DNA of 64,000 nucleotides from Chrysomallon squamiferum (lineage: Eukaryota; Animalia; Mollusca), in NCBI GenBank assembly GCA_012295275.1, contig CM022671.1, positions 21,328,001-21,392,000 on the forward strand, in the 5' to 3' direction. The translations under genes and the position numbers were made by a program. Shown here in pieces: positions 26,360-42,787 of this stretch. How positions within the stretch are numbered: position 1 is the first letter of the stretch; every line of letters starts with the position of its first letter. Under the pieces are notes generated by a model that was not told the origin of the DNA, did not search any database, and was given only the letters and a program-made list of their open reading frames with translations.

Positions 26360-27020
26360 ACAGACGGATTGGCTGATAGAGATACAGATATACAGACACA
26401 TAAAAATATATGTGTGTGTGTAATAGTCAAATTTTTGTAAACGGACATTCTTTTATTACATTTATAAAATTTTAATAATATTATTTATATTTTACTATTA
26501 TTTTATTTAGATTATTTTACTATTATACAGTTTTTGTTTTCTCTCTTGGGGCTGTGTATTTTGTTTATTGGTTTATAGCGGATGTTATTTTTTTGTTTGT
26601 TTGTTTCGGTGTTATTGGAGATTTTGAGTTCGTTTGATTTTTAAAAAAAAAATTCAAAATTTGTTTTTCTTGTTGTTTTGTATCATTTTTTATCTTATAT
26701 TTATCATTATTTCTTTCTTCAAGTATCTTAAGAAAAACATATTTTTTTTTTTTAAAGTATCAAACTTGTTTTAATTGATTTTCTAGTTTTCACAAGAACA
26801 TATGTTCAAGTATAAACATTAACTCTTGGGCACTTAGCTAAATGATAAGGGTTTTCTAAAGAGATAGTTCTATAAAGTAATCATACGGTCGGAATGAGTA
26901 CAGTTTATTTAATTACAAGTATAAAATGCTTTAAGTATTATGCACCATGTGTGTGTATGTATCAATCTGTGTGTGTGTGTTAATGTTTTATTCGTGTCTT
27001 CTCAGTATACATTTTTTTCC

Positions 27021-27071
<51 letters not shown>

Positions 27072-28205
27072 TAATACTACTACTACTACTTCTACTAGTA
27101 TTTTAAAAAATTATTATAAAAATTATCTTCATCATTACTGTATTTTTCCTGTATGTATACTGAAAAGTACTAGTTCAATATCAGTCGACCTTAAATGGTA
27201 AGACGCAATAACCACGATGTCACCACTGCTGTTGTCGTTCACCTCTCAGGAGAAATCCAAATAAAATAGAATAATTTGATGAAATGCATAATAACATCGA
27301 ATTTAAAAAAAAAAATAATAAAATAAAAAAAAAACGAACAAACGGATTAAAAAATAAATATTAAAAAAAATTAAAAAATAAATATGAAAAAAAAAAAATA
27401 TGGCAATAACGAACAAACCAAAGAAACAAAAATAATAAGAAGAAAAAAAAAAAAAAAAAAAAAAAGTAAATGATAAAAATCATTACCCCCAAAAAAATCT
27501 ATTACTATTAACATGTACATAAAAATAATTTCCGCAGATAGGATGTGAACTCGCCGCGGTTTCGCGTCAAAGACGGAATTAACCCGAATTAGCCTCAGTT
27601 TGTGTGTTAACAATGAGAAGAGCGAGATGAAGACGACGGTTGTGACAAATCGTGATAGATGAACTGCAGCTAGTGTAATAAAACTATCATTAAACAATCT
27701 TTTCTTTTTTTACCCTTGTCTCCCAGTCAGAAACACGCCGTAACTCTGGTATCGAAGCTTGTACAGTAATAGTAATAAGAACAATAACAGTATTGTGATG
27801 GTGAGTCTTCGTTTAAAGATACATTATCGTTAAAGATGCCGTGGCTTTGAGATTCTTGCTGAACAAAGCAGGCTCTAGTAAAACACAAGTGTGTGTCTAG
27901 GTCGCCCTGTCCAGGGCTTGTCTATAGCTGTACAAACCTCGAACTCAGAGTTGGGTTCAGAAGATGTGTTCCAGGTTAGGCTAAGTTAAACATTTCTTAC
28001 ACAGACGCATGCAAAATCATCTATCCCGGTCAGGTTTTGAGGATAGGGATTGTTTTATCCAAGACAATGATAGGGTTAGCATTCTCAGTGAATAACTGTG
28101 CATGTTATTATTTACATATTCGTTCAGTTCATTAAGTCAGTTTATAAAATCAAATGCTGCTTGAAAACTGGTGAACTATAATTTTTACATGCAAATATAT
28201 ACATG

Positions 28206-28342
<137 letters not shown>

Positions 28343-29169
28343 GCTACGTAATAATGAAACATTACTTTCCTACAGTCAGACATAAAGCTAAAACCTTTGA
28401 ACTTCAGTCGCATAATAAATTCAAATTAACCTCAGATTTGAAAAGTAATTTCTAGAAGAACCGAATCAAACGCTTCATCGATAATTTAGACAAAACGACT
28501 CCTCTGAATGAATCACGTAGTCAGACAATTCGCACGTAGGATACTGTGTGCAAATGAATTAGAAAATGAACATTTTTGGACAACACAAAAACCCACGTTC
28601 ATCAACCACAAAGATAGACAGTCACGTCTTTCGCGCAAAAGCCCAAATTAGAGCCAGTACCAATCCGCTCACCTCCAATCAGAATCAATTTAGTCAGTTC
28701 CGAAATCAGCTCGCAAAGTTGTTAGAAAGTAGACTGAGCCAGTCCAATTGGACACATTTTAGAAACAGTTAATGAATGTTAAGAATTTTTTAGTGTCGCT
28801 TGAATTATTAGACGTATAAATGTAACAAGTTAATTAATATTTTTAAAGCATTTTGTAGACATAAGTTTCATGCATTGATACTTGTACTTTTCATCTCGAC
28901 ATCAAAAGTTAGTACGTAAGATGATTTTATGGCTCTTTGAAGTTTTTGTTTCATGTTTTTTTTTCTTCTTGCTATTTTATACTTTATTTTAATTTATATT
29001 ATTTAAATAATTAATAAAATTCGTTTGCTGATAATCAAGAGTTTGGTTAGAAAGAAATTTTGTGCTTGTAGTAAAGTCCTAAGCAACCATATCCAGTACA
29101 TCGAATAAGCAATGAAGAATACCTCAATAATTAATAGCTAAAAAAAGACGTATATTTTTATTACATTTT

Positions 29170-29201
<32 letters not shown>

Positions 29202-29649
29202 CACTTTATTTTAAAGTAAACTGGATGCTATTCTTTGTTGTTTGGACATATCCCTTTATCGTTCCTAGAAATTATTAAATGATTTCTTTGAAAAATCAAT
29301 GCACCTCCGCATCGAATACAATTCAACAAATATTCATTTTATTTCGTTTAAACTTGACGAAAAAAATTCATTGAAATTATTTTTTACTTACCACTCGCTC
29401 GAAATGAGAAAACGATTAACAAGAACACCGGTGACATCATTTTCTCTCTCTCTCACGCCCACGCAGACTTGAGACAGTTCTGCATTGTGACAGAACTTTA
29501 CAACAGATGGCTGATCCAGTGCATACCAATTCTCTAAAACTTCGTTATGAGGAGAATCCCCATACGCCGGTTAATAAGAACTGATGACATAACAATGAAA
29601 TGCGTCATGTGTTTGGAAAGTGAGCGAAAAAAAGTTTGTATGTGCAAAT

Positions 29650-29706
<57 letters not shown>

Positions 29707-29728
29707 TGTTAAGAGTGTAAGAGAGTAG

Positions 29729-29811
<83 letters not shown>

Positions 29812-30488
29812 AAAGAAAGAGACGAATAAGATTAAAAATGGAGAAAGATATATAAGTCAATTCTTCATAAACAAAGAAGTAAAAGCGATGATTTGCAAGA
29901 TGGAACATAAAACCATTTTGACTGTCACTGAATCAACATTCTTGGCATATATATTATAAACGATTCGTATCTACACTTCAAAAATAACAGTAGGCTATCT
30001 AAGGTTTCCTCTACAAACCATAGTAATAAGTTATTTACAAATTATTTGTCCTTGCCATCAATATCTTAATAAACTGCCCATTAATTGCATTAAGCAAGTA
30101 TTTGTTAAATGCTAGTATTGGAAGTAAAAGAAGAATATTTAGAAAGGCCAACGCGTTCTATAAGCTTTTATTAGTTACCGTAAGAGAGAGGGCATATCGA
30201 CCTTGTGTCTTTTATGTGATATTTAAATTTATAAAAATGACTGAAGTCTACTGGTTAATTCCAAGAGAGTGATTCACAATATAATTTAATAAAGTCCAAA
30301 GCGAACTTTAATATGGGATAAGACCTTGGCGTTCGATTTATTCTAATTATGTAATTATCAACGACAACCTAGTGCTTGAAAGCTTTGATAATCGATTTCA
30401 AATTTATTTTGTTATAATTTCAGTTATTTTAATTATAATGGCAGGACACCATGAACAAACGTATAGATACTTGTACAGACAGACAGAC

Positions 30489-30592
<104 letters not shown>

Positions 30593-31314
30593 ACAAGAAA
30601 ATGAAATGTAAAGAAAAGGTGAAAGTGGAAATAGAAGATTATCAAACAAAAGAGGCAAAGAAAAAAAAAAGAATAACATTAACAACAACAACAAAAACAT
30701 GATTAAAAGCCACAATTAACAAAAACAGAACGATTAAAAACACACATACAAATTTAAAACGAATTAATAATAAATAAATAAATAAGTAAGTAAAACAGTG
30801 AAGATAATAAGCAAAACATGCATCGTATACAAACTGTGCATTTCAGATTCTTCAGAATTACATTTTTAGTGGTTTAGGCTGACCTTTCTCTAATAGAACA
30901 TTGAAGATTATTAATTAAGTGACGGACTGGTCATTTTGTCTCGAAGTGCTCCCTGTTTTGGAGTGTTCCCTGTGTACAAAAATCTACCAAACTGAAATCA
31001 ATTTTAAGTCAAGTCACCATGAAGGACTCTCCTCACGATTTTGAAACAGATAAATAACTAGCAGGGACTTAGGAAACAAAATTCAGGGTTTGTCTTTATG
31101 ACAGGAAGAAATATGGAGAGAAAAAGAAGAAAATGAGAAATACAGAAAGAAAAGTATTCATTTGTGATGGAAAGATAATGTAGAGAAAATCTTATAAATG
31201 CAACTGGAAACAAAATTATCGAAATTCTAGAAGTCTACCTGAGAAACTTTTAATAAAACAGTTTTTGTTGTGAAAATACAGAGAGGATATAGATCCTTTT
31301 TTAAAATCGGTCTG

Positions 31315-31437
<123 letters not shown>

Positions 31438-32209
31438 CTACATATTTATTTGTCTATATATCTATTTATCTATCGATATAGACAAACAGACACACACACA
31501 CACACACACACATAACATTCTAAATGTTTATTCCTCTATCTATCTCTGTACCTATATTTCTTTAAACAATTTTACCTGTCTGTATATCTGTCTATGTTTA
31601 TACCTATCTATCAGTCGATCTATGTTTTTTATCTATATTAAAATCTATCCAATCTCCTATGTATCATAATTATTCATACATTTGTTTCACACACACACAC
31701 ACAACTGCAACATTTTGTGCTAGTTTAAAGTCGATTCACAATATCTGACATATTCTCCGGAACTAACAGTTTAAAATAAATAAATTAAAAAAAAACAAAA
31801 AAAAAAAAAAACATAAAAAATAAATAAAATTTTCCGAGCTGGAGATCAACAAGAAAACAAAATTAAAACGTAACATAACTTATGACGTTATTTGACGTTG
31901 CGACCACCCAGGACTTTGATTAGCACGTAGCTTGGGGCTGTAAACGGGTGAGACGCTGAAAACAGAATTTTAACTGTCTCTTTGTTAATTTCCCTGCGGA
32001 CCAACCTTTGTATTTTCGTGCCAGCATTTTTTTTTTTTTTTTATGATACCTCAACACCCTCCGTGTAATTTACTGTCCAGTTTGTTATTATTCAACTTAT
32101 CTGTACTCAGACTTTGTGTTGTTGTGGTTCATATTGTTTTGTAAGTCTTATTGCTACTGTTGTTCTTGCAGTTAATATGTTGCTGTTTTATTAATAATTA
32201 TATATATAT

Positions 32210-32246
<37 letters not shown>

Positions 32247-32247
32247 T

Positions 32248-32322
<75 letters not shown>

Positions 32323-35300
32323 ATATATATACATTCTTTCTCTTTTCACACACACATATTAGATAAATAAACATGCATTTATCTATCTCCATGTAAGTCT
32401 TTCACTCTCCTTCTCTCTCTGCCTCACTGTCTAATTAACTTGACCATCACCTCGGTTTTTCAAAATTAAACGAGAACAATCTTACAAACACTAAAAGAAT
32501 GTAGGGCTCAACAATTAAAAAAAAAATGATTTTAATTACTTGTAATCTAAGAAAACAAAAGCATGACACTTAGGAATGTTTTGTTTCAACAGTTACGCAG
32601 TACGTTAATTACCACATTAACCAATGAGATAATATTTTAGTTTTTATCGGAGTTTTTTCTTTAATGGTTTGTGTGATTCATTTTTATGTTTTGGAGGGTT
32701 TGTTGTTTTTGTTTTTGTTGTTTTGTTTTGTTTTTTGACTGATAGAGTTTTGATTGCTTGTAGGATAAATGTTTGTTTTTTTATGTTGGGGGTTTTTGTG
32801 GGGTTTTTTGTTTCTTTTTAAATTTTATTTTATTTTTTTTTTTAATTTTTTTTTTTTTTTATTAATTTTTTTTTTTCAATATTTTTATTTTATTATTATT
32901 TTTTTATTATTACTTTGAATGTATTTAGTTCTTGATTATTTATTATTATGTTCTTTTCCACTGTATTTTATCAGACTAGACTATTTAGATATTATTTTAT
33001 CTTCATAAAAACAATAAACAGCAGAAACAATACAATTATCGCAATACCTTTGTTCAGCAAAAACATTTTTATTTTGCTCCGAAATTTGAAACAAGACAAG
33101 AAGAAAAATCTCATACAATTTTTCATTTGATTCAAGTTAGTATTTCTGATTAAATTTCGTGTTCTGAACAAATCTTTGTTGATATTATTTTTAATTTACT
33201 ATATTTCTTAGCAGTATTTATATCATCGTTTCCTTGATATTTGAAACAAGTTTTTCTGGGGTTTTTTTTATTATCTTCTCTGCTATTCAGTTGTTGTTGT
33301 TGTTTTTTTTTTCATCATCACCATCGTCTTAAACATTATTTTCTTAGTTATAATTTCCTTTATTTACTTCTGTATTATCTTTGTCATCATCGTCAGAGTC
33401 ATCATCTTTTTCTTAATTGTCACCTTCTTCATAAAAATTATCTCAAATTTCTGTCGGTTGTCTTTCTGTGTTTGGGGAAGTAGGATTTGTGGGAGTTGTG
33501 AGTGGGTTGGTTTTATTTCATTATTATATTTTTAATAATTTTTTTTCCTTTTATTCTTCGTCTGCATCATCTTCATCTTTTTCTAGTCAAATTAACATTT
33601 CGTATAAACAGACACCAATTACATTACTTTTCGTTCGATTTTACGTTTGCAAAAGTCACTATTATCACATAGTCGCACAACTTTCCTTTGTTTATAAACC
33701 ATACATTGCCAGCCTTGTCACTTCAAAGATTAATTTTCTACTCGATCTCGTAGAAACAAATAACGAGAGCATTCGTTGAATAAGAAAAACCCTGTTTGCC
33801 TTTGTTCAAATCACAAAGAAGAAGTTAATCTTGATTTAATAAAAGTTTTCTAGTTTGATAAAGAATAAGAATGACCATTGATGCCAGTCTGCCGGTGAAA
33901 AATACGCTAAATAAGTCAGTGATAGACTGGTAGTGCTAGTGCTAATTTCATAAAGTTTAAAGAAAAACGCGAAGAGTTATTTAGAACGTGTTTTGTGTTT
34001 CAAACATGCAATTGTGAAAAAAAAAAAAAAAAAAAAAAAAGATGAATGTTCAAAATGTCGCTAAATAAATAAACATAAACCACTGCAAAAGAAATCAACC
34101 GACTGCATTTTTGGAAAGTGTATTTTCGGTAACGGAAACTTTATGACGTCATTTTTCCGAAAATTGCCAAAGGTAATGCTTAAAGCGCCTAGATTGAATA
34201 AATAAATGAATCAATATTTCGTGTAACGACTTTTTAACACAGATCCTGTTAGGTGTCTAAAAATATTCCACAGGCAATTTCTGTCTAAAACAAAAAGGAA
34301 AATGTTCAATATAATCCACTAAAAGGCATGAAAGCACATACCACGATTGTTGTTTTTGTATTTTTGTTTTTTTAAGCTTACCAATTACAGTTAAGGATAA
34401 AATGTTATGGATTAACAGAAGATGGTAGAGATGAATATTAATGCACTTTGGGGTATAAGAGAAGAGACGAGAAGAAAAAATGAAGACAATGGACGAATCG
34501 GGAAGCAGAAAAGGGAAAGAGAAAACCAGTCTAATTAACAACACCATTTACTGATTATTAAAAACATGATGTATTCGTTTCGCCATGTGAACTAAACTTC
34601 CATGTCACCCACTATAGCCTCATTTATAGACAACCATCACAAATATTTGTCCTAAAAATTTGTTAACTCTACAACTTAATGTCTACGGTTTCGAGGGTAA
34701 ATACAATATCACAAACTGAAGAATCGAAATCGAATTGATCGAGCCTTGGGAAAACCGTTTAGTCCGCCATTGTTTGATCACGCGGTCTTTATTGACCAAT
34801 CAAGTGACTTCGGACTATAACAAATGTTAGTGCTATATTGGTACAATTTGCCCAGGGTAAACAAGTTCATAAATGGAACGTCAATAGCGCAGAAGCCAAC
34901 GCTGTGACGAAACTTGTGAAGTCCTAATACGGAATACTGTTTAGTAGTTCGTATTTTGAAACAGAAAAGCTGTTTGTAGAGAAAACAAAACTGCTCATTG
35001 AATTTCTGCCGTCTGTTGTTTACACAGGATTATTTGATCAGTTTTTGACTTATTTCGATTTTTTTTTTTTTTTGTACGTCAAGAAGCGCACTAAAAGTAC
35101 ACTTAATAAATGAATATGTGCTTACTCACTCATACATACACACTTACACACACTAACACATGCATTCACACACAAAATACATACCTACATACACACACAC
35201 ACTAAATATATACACACTTCACATACTACACACACATACACCCACATAGTATGACAGAAAAAGCAACAGATACGTATTTATACGTATACATATTTTTGTA

Positions 35301-35589
35301 CCAATACATTTACTGGTTTCCGCAAAAATAACATGCATGCAAATCTGACAAAAGTCAAAGAGCGCAGTGCTTCATGGGAAACGATGATAACCATCAAGGT
35401 TGTCTTGATGCCTTCGGAGCGCGGGTGAATGGTTGACATACGTTCCAGTTACGTCAGCGGCATGTGACTGGGTTGGTGAGGTTGTGAATGGATAAACAAA
35501 CACATATGAATTTATACGTATAATTATTTTTGTACCAATACATGCACAAATATATATAAATATAGGTAAATACATAGTGTATGCAGTGT

Positions 35590-35656
<67 letters not shown>

Positions 35657-35661
35657 CTTAC

Positions 35662-35714
35662 CAGTAATGATGGCGTTTAATAAGGTCATTCTTTTTACAT
35701 AGTTCTACTCCTAC
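35662..35714 (-). other. Candidate 53-nt internal 5'UTR exon
   Basis: Poly-T+CAG acceptor at 35715-35730 and CTG|GTAAGT donor at 35661. Confidence 0.35.
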
Positions 35715-36189
35715 CTGAAAAAAAAAAAAAATGAAAAAAATAGTAAATAAATAAATAAATATATAAACTGTGACTCTACAGAGATACAACTGTGTTTGAT
35801 AAATCAACTGTAAGCGGATACATTCATTCATTTTAAGATATATTTATTGTTTTGTTTTGTTTTGTTCTATTTGTTATTTTTGTTTTGTTTTGTTTTGTTC
35901 TACTTGTTATTTTTGTTTTTGTTTTGTTCTATTTGTTAGTTTTGTTTTGTTGTTGTTGCTTGTTTTGTTTTCTTCTTTTATTTCTCTGACCTAGTAACCG
36001 TCTTTGTCTATACAGAATTAAAAACAGACATACAGTTTGATAAACTCCACAAGAATGTTTAGATTAGGGTTAACGATACAGATTCAGAAATTAATTATAT
36101 ATAAACTACAAGGTGAACCCTTATGTTTATCTATCTATTTGTCTTCCTGTCTGTCCGAATCTGTAAGTCTGTGAATATGTCTCACTGCC

Positions 36190-36220
36190 TGTGTGTGTAT
36201 GTGTGTGGGTGTGTGTGTGT

Positions 36221-36299
<79 letters not shown>
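36190..36299. repeat. (GT)n microsatellite (others at about 26315, 29653, 44375, 62497)
   Basis: Direct reading. Confidence 0.95.
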
Positions 36300-36304
<5 letters not shown>

Positions 36305-39008
36305 TAAATATATTTATATTCATTATTCTTCATCAGAATTTAAAGACAAAAACGTAAAACATTAAAGACGAGAAGTTAACAGAAAATTATATATTAAGCA
36401 TTCTGACAACATATATTAAACAAAAACATTCAACGTTATTGCAATTCATGTCGAAAACAGTTTTCGGTATCATATAACCGGTGCCTCTGTCTTTCAAGAC
36501 TGTTGTTTACTGTATATTTTGTTCATAGCACGTCACATAAATAAATAAATATATAGAAATAGGATTGCATGGTTTGATCTAATAAAGAACGGATAATTCC
36601 GATTAACAATCAACGTGAAAACCGGCTTAATAATGTATGATAGAGTACGAAACTAAATCAACGAAGTGTCGCGCCGATTGACTCCGATAAATGACGAAAA
36701 CTTTCCGTTAGCACGCAACGTCTCTTAATCATGCCATCTTCGTTTTCGAGAGATTCCGAGTACGTAGAATATAAACTTCACTGCGCATTCAGTTTTATTT
36801 CGTTCGGTTGCCCAGGCCAATTATTTCTGACATCCTGATAGGGCCTAAAAAAAAGACATTGTTTGGTCCGTTGTATATTTTCCAGATTGGTTTATTCAGC
36901 ACAGTAAGCAATGCTAATACCTGAAACGTTCATTTAGATATTTCTTGTTCCCTTGAAAATTAACAATACTGTGCAATCTAGACAATGCACTGATGTTATA
37001 ATGATAAATTTTTTGCATAGGTACATTCCTTCGTAAACGACCGGTGAACTTCTTATCTGAAAGTGGATAACACTTAATAGTCAATGATTTGATTCTGTCG
37101 TGATTGGAATTTATTATTTATCACGTCAACTCTTGTCTCAGTTTAGTACACATTTTATATATATATATATATATATAATGTTCCAAGAAAGAAACTGTTA
37201 TAAATAAAATAAAAAATAAAAATTATTATTATTATTACACTGACACAAAATTCAGTTTTAAAGTTATACTACTTTGTTGTTTGTGGTTCAGGATGTTGTA
37301 TTCCATTACAGTGCAAACTGTGACAGTGTCATTAATCCATAATGAAACACGGGTACATAACGAAAGTTGTCATTCATTCAAACTCCTTTGATATGTATGT
37401 ACGTATATATTTATGCCGGTATATATCTTTATGTCTCTGTGTAGGTATGTATGTGTGTATGTATGTACGCATGTATGTATGTATGTGTATGTTTGTGTGT
37501 TTGTGTATGTATATAATATGTATGTATGTACGTACATGTGTATGTATACGTGCTTGTATGTATGTAAATATTTATTTATTTATTTGTTTATTTACGTGTA
37601 TTTTTCAGCGCGTTATGCTCTACTTCGTTCAACCTAAACTGGTAAGAAAACAGCTGGTGTCGACAATTCTACATTCAGATGTTGACAATAAAACATTTAC
37701 GACCTGCACATATGTTTCCTGAAATCATTAAGCATAAAACTAACTACACGACTTATACTTACATACGCCACAGTTAGATTTGATCACTCTTTAGTGCCCC
37801 TATTATGATTTATCGCTGAAAAATTAATGGGGTTGAAATTCTTTGAAACGACAATTAATGGATGCTGCCAAAAGAAAAATGTTTTATTTGAAATTATTAT
37901 TATTTGTCAGATACGAAGTTTAGAATCGTTAACCTGTATTTTGACTTAATTATGTCGTTTTAATGTTTTAAGAATAGATTTTTCATATATATATAATATA
38001 GATTAAAGTACTAAGTAAAGAAATGGTTTTTTCCGCTACTGTGCGACAGTGCATATTTGTCACTGAGCAGTTTTATGACATAAAAAATTATTTTCAGAAA
38101 GTCGTTTGAGAAAGTAGAGTTAGTGTCGTTACCATATGCGATCACAACAAGTCTTTGTCACTTGCACAAGTGAGTAGATCGGAGCTAAAAAACAAACATT
38201 ATCCTTGATATTCTAGGACAGCTTTTTAAAAGATCGTTTATCTAGATGAATGTACTGTTTGTCCTTAGCAGACGTATGTTTTTGCGTAAATTCGTGAGTT
38301 CTGTTTTCATAGACAATATCTGATTCGCAGTTCTGAATTATGCGAAGAACTAAAGCTTATTCACACTATGAGCAGATTTTAAAAATTAATAAATAGCACA
38401 TTTAAAAAATATTACAGTAAATTAAACTAAAATTTATATTTATAAAAAAAAAAAAAAAAAAATACTGAAAATATTTTTTCAACAAAAAAATAAACCGTTT
38501 TCCAATAAAGGACTTTTTTTTTTTTTTTATGGTTTTTAATCGAAACCTATTAACGCCCAAATTCGTATTTTAAAATGACTTTTTTATTTTTTTTACCCCT
38601 TGTTTTACTGTGTCTAATAGCATTATTATCAATCATTTGTCAGATGTGAAATAACACAGGGGTTCAAATTAATGTAACATAATATTAATATTAAATAATC
38701 CACGCAAGAAGGCCCCCATATTCCCAGTGGAAAAATAACTCTTGAAGGTAAAAACTTAACAGTTTCTTTAAAAACAAAATTTAAAAGTGTTAAAATTAAT
38801 ATTTTTCTTTGTTTAAAAGCCAAACAGATTTCTTCTTTGTAATAAAAGGGAGACGCGTCACTGGTTCGTGCTCCGAATGGTTTTGACTTCGAAATTTGTT
38901 TTTTCATCAGCTGAACTAAAATAGTAAACGTTATAATTAAAATATGTATTTCATACTGGAATTTAATTAAAGCGATATAAGGTTATTATGTCGGAGGGTC
39001 AGTGAATA

Positions 39009-39109
<101 letters not shown>

Positions 39110-40373
39110 TCGACTAACAGAAAAATCTAAGGAAAAAAAGAAAAGAAAGACACACAGAAAATTTGAGTGGAAGAGTGAAAAGAAACAATCAAACGAAGAT
39201 AAATACACAATCCTAAATAATTTATTTGTCGAGTCGTTGATTAAATATTTTAATTATTTTAATGTCACTGATAAGATAATACTTCATAGACAGGGTAACA
39301 TTATCAGTCAAGCAAACCGAGAATCTCTAATTAACTTTCACTGCAGCTTAGTCCATTCATCCACTGTCTTTGATTTATCACAGTATTAATTCAGTGAATT
39401 CCTCGGGACCAAGGACACATAGTTTGTAACAACTTAACATTCCTAAATCTTTCAACATCACTTCACACTAAGTTTTTGATTTTGATTTATTTAGTCAGTT
39501 TTACCAACAACTGTTAAATGTTTAACACTTTATTCTTATGTATGTCTCGCTTTGTACTGTTATTGTCACCGTTTGTATATGGATGTTTCTGTGTATGAAT
39601 GTATGTATGTATGTCCGTATGTCTGCATATATGTATGTTACGAAGTTACTTCTGCTTGTGTGTGTAGTTATGCATTCTCAAGTTTAAGTCTGTCTCTGTG
39701 CAGGTACGAAATGATGCACTCTCTTTAATTCATATATTTACAACGAGGCTATATTCAAATTATCCTAACTACAAAATTCACAAAAAGTTAGTGTTGAAAA
39801 TCTTATCCAGTAATCCAGCCACTGAGTAGAACTGATCTGCGGTTTTTACACGTTTAAGCACGGTCGAACGATCCCCTGTGTTAAAAAAAAGAAAGAAAAA
39901 AAAAAGGGTCTGAATAATTGAATTAAACATGCTAGATTACGCTGTACTGTAACGGCCCGTTTCATTGATTGTCGTCCTTTACGAGTAGATTTCCCAGGGG
40001 TCGCATTAAACATGTAGTTCATTCTTCGAATAATTGTAGATTTCTAGCGAATTCCAAAAGAAATTAAAAGGGACCTTTTTTTTTATTAGGCTACGACAGA
40101 TTAGAATGTGGGTTCGTGGCCAAAAGCCCCATAGACGTATCTCAACAAACTGTAAAGGCAATTGGCAAAATGCTCACAAGAAATTAATTTATTAAGTAAA
40201 ACGTCTATTAAGGCAGGGATAGAATAACTTTATCTTTTTCAATGTGCACTTAGTGTCGATTTGTTAAATGGCTGCGTAACGAAATAGACTTATAATGTGA
40301 TAGTGGGTATTATTAATATATTTAAAAAATAGATCTATTAATAAGAAGAATAACAATAACAACAACAACACCG

Positions 40374-40408
<35 letters not shown>

Positions 40409-41155
40409 TAATAATAATAAATTTTCTTAAAATTCTATTTTGTTCAATACTGGTATTAATGCTGTAGTATATGGATAAATAAATAAATAAATAATCAAAC
40501 AAACAAACAAACAAATAAATAAATAAACTAAAAAGGATTATGATTATTAGATTTGATCAAACTTGTGGTCAACAGCTTTCCATAACCTTTCACTCATACA
40601 GACGACCCGATACACCAGCTGATAAAGAAAAGAAAATATCTATTTTCCATTTCCCACTGTGGGAAAAAAAACAATGGAAATTATATCCAAAATTAGACGC
40701 CAATTTTTATATTTAGTGGCGTGTTTTCTCAAATTCTTGATTTACGTCATGCACAAGAATCTTCTGAAAATTTGATCATATTAGTCTCGATAATCAAACC
40801 ATTATTTGCATTCCCACTCGACTGGTACCAGACATCGTGCTTTTTCCGGTCGCGGGCCTCTGTGTTTGTTTCAGTCTCCAATTTCGCCTAATTGCTGTTC
40901 GATCCCTCCTCGTTCCGTCCATTATTTGGTTTTAATAAGAAGACAATGTACACTGGAAATATTAGTTATCTTAATAATATTACTGAACTGCAGACTTTAT
41001 GAAAGTTGCAAGTGTTTTGCGAAAAGAACGTACGGAAATTTTCAGGTTTTGTAAGTCGTGTTTTGTTATTCTGAAAGCTTGTGTTTGGAGGGGTAAAAAC
41101 ATTTTGTCATTTTGTTTTACTTTTGTATTATTATTTTTTTTTTTTTTTTTTTTTT

Positions 41156-41190
<35 letters not shown>

Positions 41191-41542
41191 ACTCCATTAT
41201 TACTACTACTGCTACTACTACTACTATTATCTTCATTATTACTACTACTAAAACTACTACTGCTACTACTAATAATAAAAACAATAAAAACAGCAATGAC
41301 AAGGGTATTTAATGTAAAACATAAATAATTCTACAAGAGTTACAAATTCTTAAGTCGTAACTGTTCATTTCATAAAGTCGTGTTCATTGCTTTAAGAGAC
41401 GTAAAACAGTTTGCTGAGAGTAAATTTGATTAAACTGATGAAAATCGATTTAATTTGCTAACACGATTGTATTTAATTTGCTAAATATTTAATTTAAAAC
41501 AGGTTATAAAAGAAATTACTTTGCATTTAGTGTTTCTTTGAT

Positions 41543-41574
<32 letters not shown>

Positions 41575-41635
41575 GGTTTGCATTAAAGTTTTTATTTCTT
41601 ACTAAATACATCTGAAAGATTTTTTTTATTATTAT

Positions 41636-41700
<65 letters not shown>

Positions 41701-42409
41701 ATGTTTGTTATGAGGATTTGCAAAGGTACTTTTTGCCTTCCCATCTTCGTATCAAAGATATTTGTCATTCAGCGGTCAAAACAGAAGTAAATATTTGAAC
41801 ACGACTAACTACAAAAAGTGTACTTAATGATGATGTAACACATCAAAAAAAAAAGAAAATAATTTGAAAGAAGAATTTTTTTAAATCTTTTTTATCTGAT
41901 TGGTTAGTAGAGTGTGAATGACACTATTACATCGTCCAATAGATTCCTTCGGGCTATGGAAAGCGGAAATAAGACCAGATTTTAAAAGCTTTGAGCTAAA
42001 ATAAAGTTAATTCTGTGGAAAAAAAACTTTCCTTTTAAAGAATACTTTTACCCAGAATGATATTTTCACTTAGATGACCTATCTGGATGACGATCTTACT
42101 TAGTTTTTATAAGTTTTAAAGTGGATTAATCCAAAATATCGAAATATGAATTAAAACAGGTTATTCTGTACATGTGCTTGAAAAATGAGCATGACCGTAA
42201 TGTTTTCCCTTAAGATTTTATCATGCAGACCTAATAGTGTAGATTTATATATGGTATATGAATATAGTCATTGAAAGAATCTTTGGATTTTTATTTTTAA
42301 ATTTTTCATTAAATTATTTATTTATTTATTTTAATTTTTTTTTTTTTTTAGGGGGGGTGGTTTGAGAGATTCTTATATAACCCATAATTCCATGCGTAAT
42401 GCATGCACA

Positions 42410-42635
42410 AAACGCCCAGTTTATTATTTGCCCTGACTCAAAACTGTTTCTATCCAACACAAACCTCAGCTCTCTGGGAAACGTACAACCTGTGCTGTCA
42501 AACTCGGGAAATACACTAATCACACACACAAGCACCACGCCCTGTCAACTCCTCACTTATGGCTGAATGACGACACTCTCCACGTGACAGAACAGCAGCT
42601 CGGCAATTATCTAACCACGGCACCATCGTGGCGAA
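42410..42635 (-). mobile_element. Decayed tRNA-derived SINE (Meta/CORE-like)
   Basis: Minus-strand head GCCACGATGGTGCCGTGGTTAG resembles a Pol III box A; blocks CTCTCTGGGAA and CTCACTTATGGCTGAATGA resemble recalled MetaSINE core; unverified. Confidence 0.45.
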
Positions 42636-42787
42636 CACCATTATCATTTAATCTGGAATTATCCCTTTTTAATTCCTTTCACGACTACTATTAAATTTAT
42701 TTTATTTATTTTATTTTATTTTATTTCATTTTTCATTTTTATTTTTATTTTACTTTTTTTTTTTTTTTTTTTTTTTCATGTCAAATA

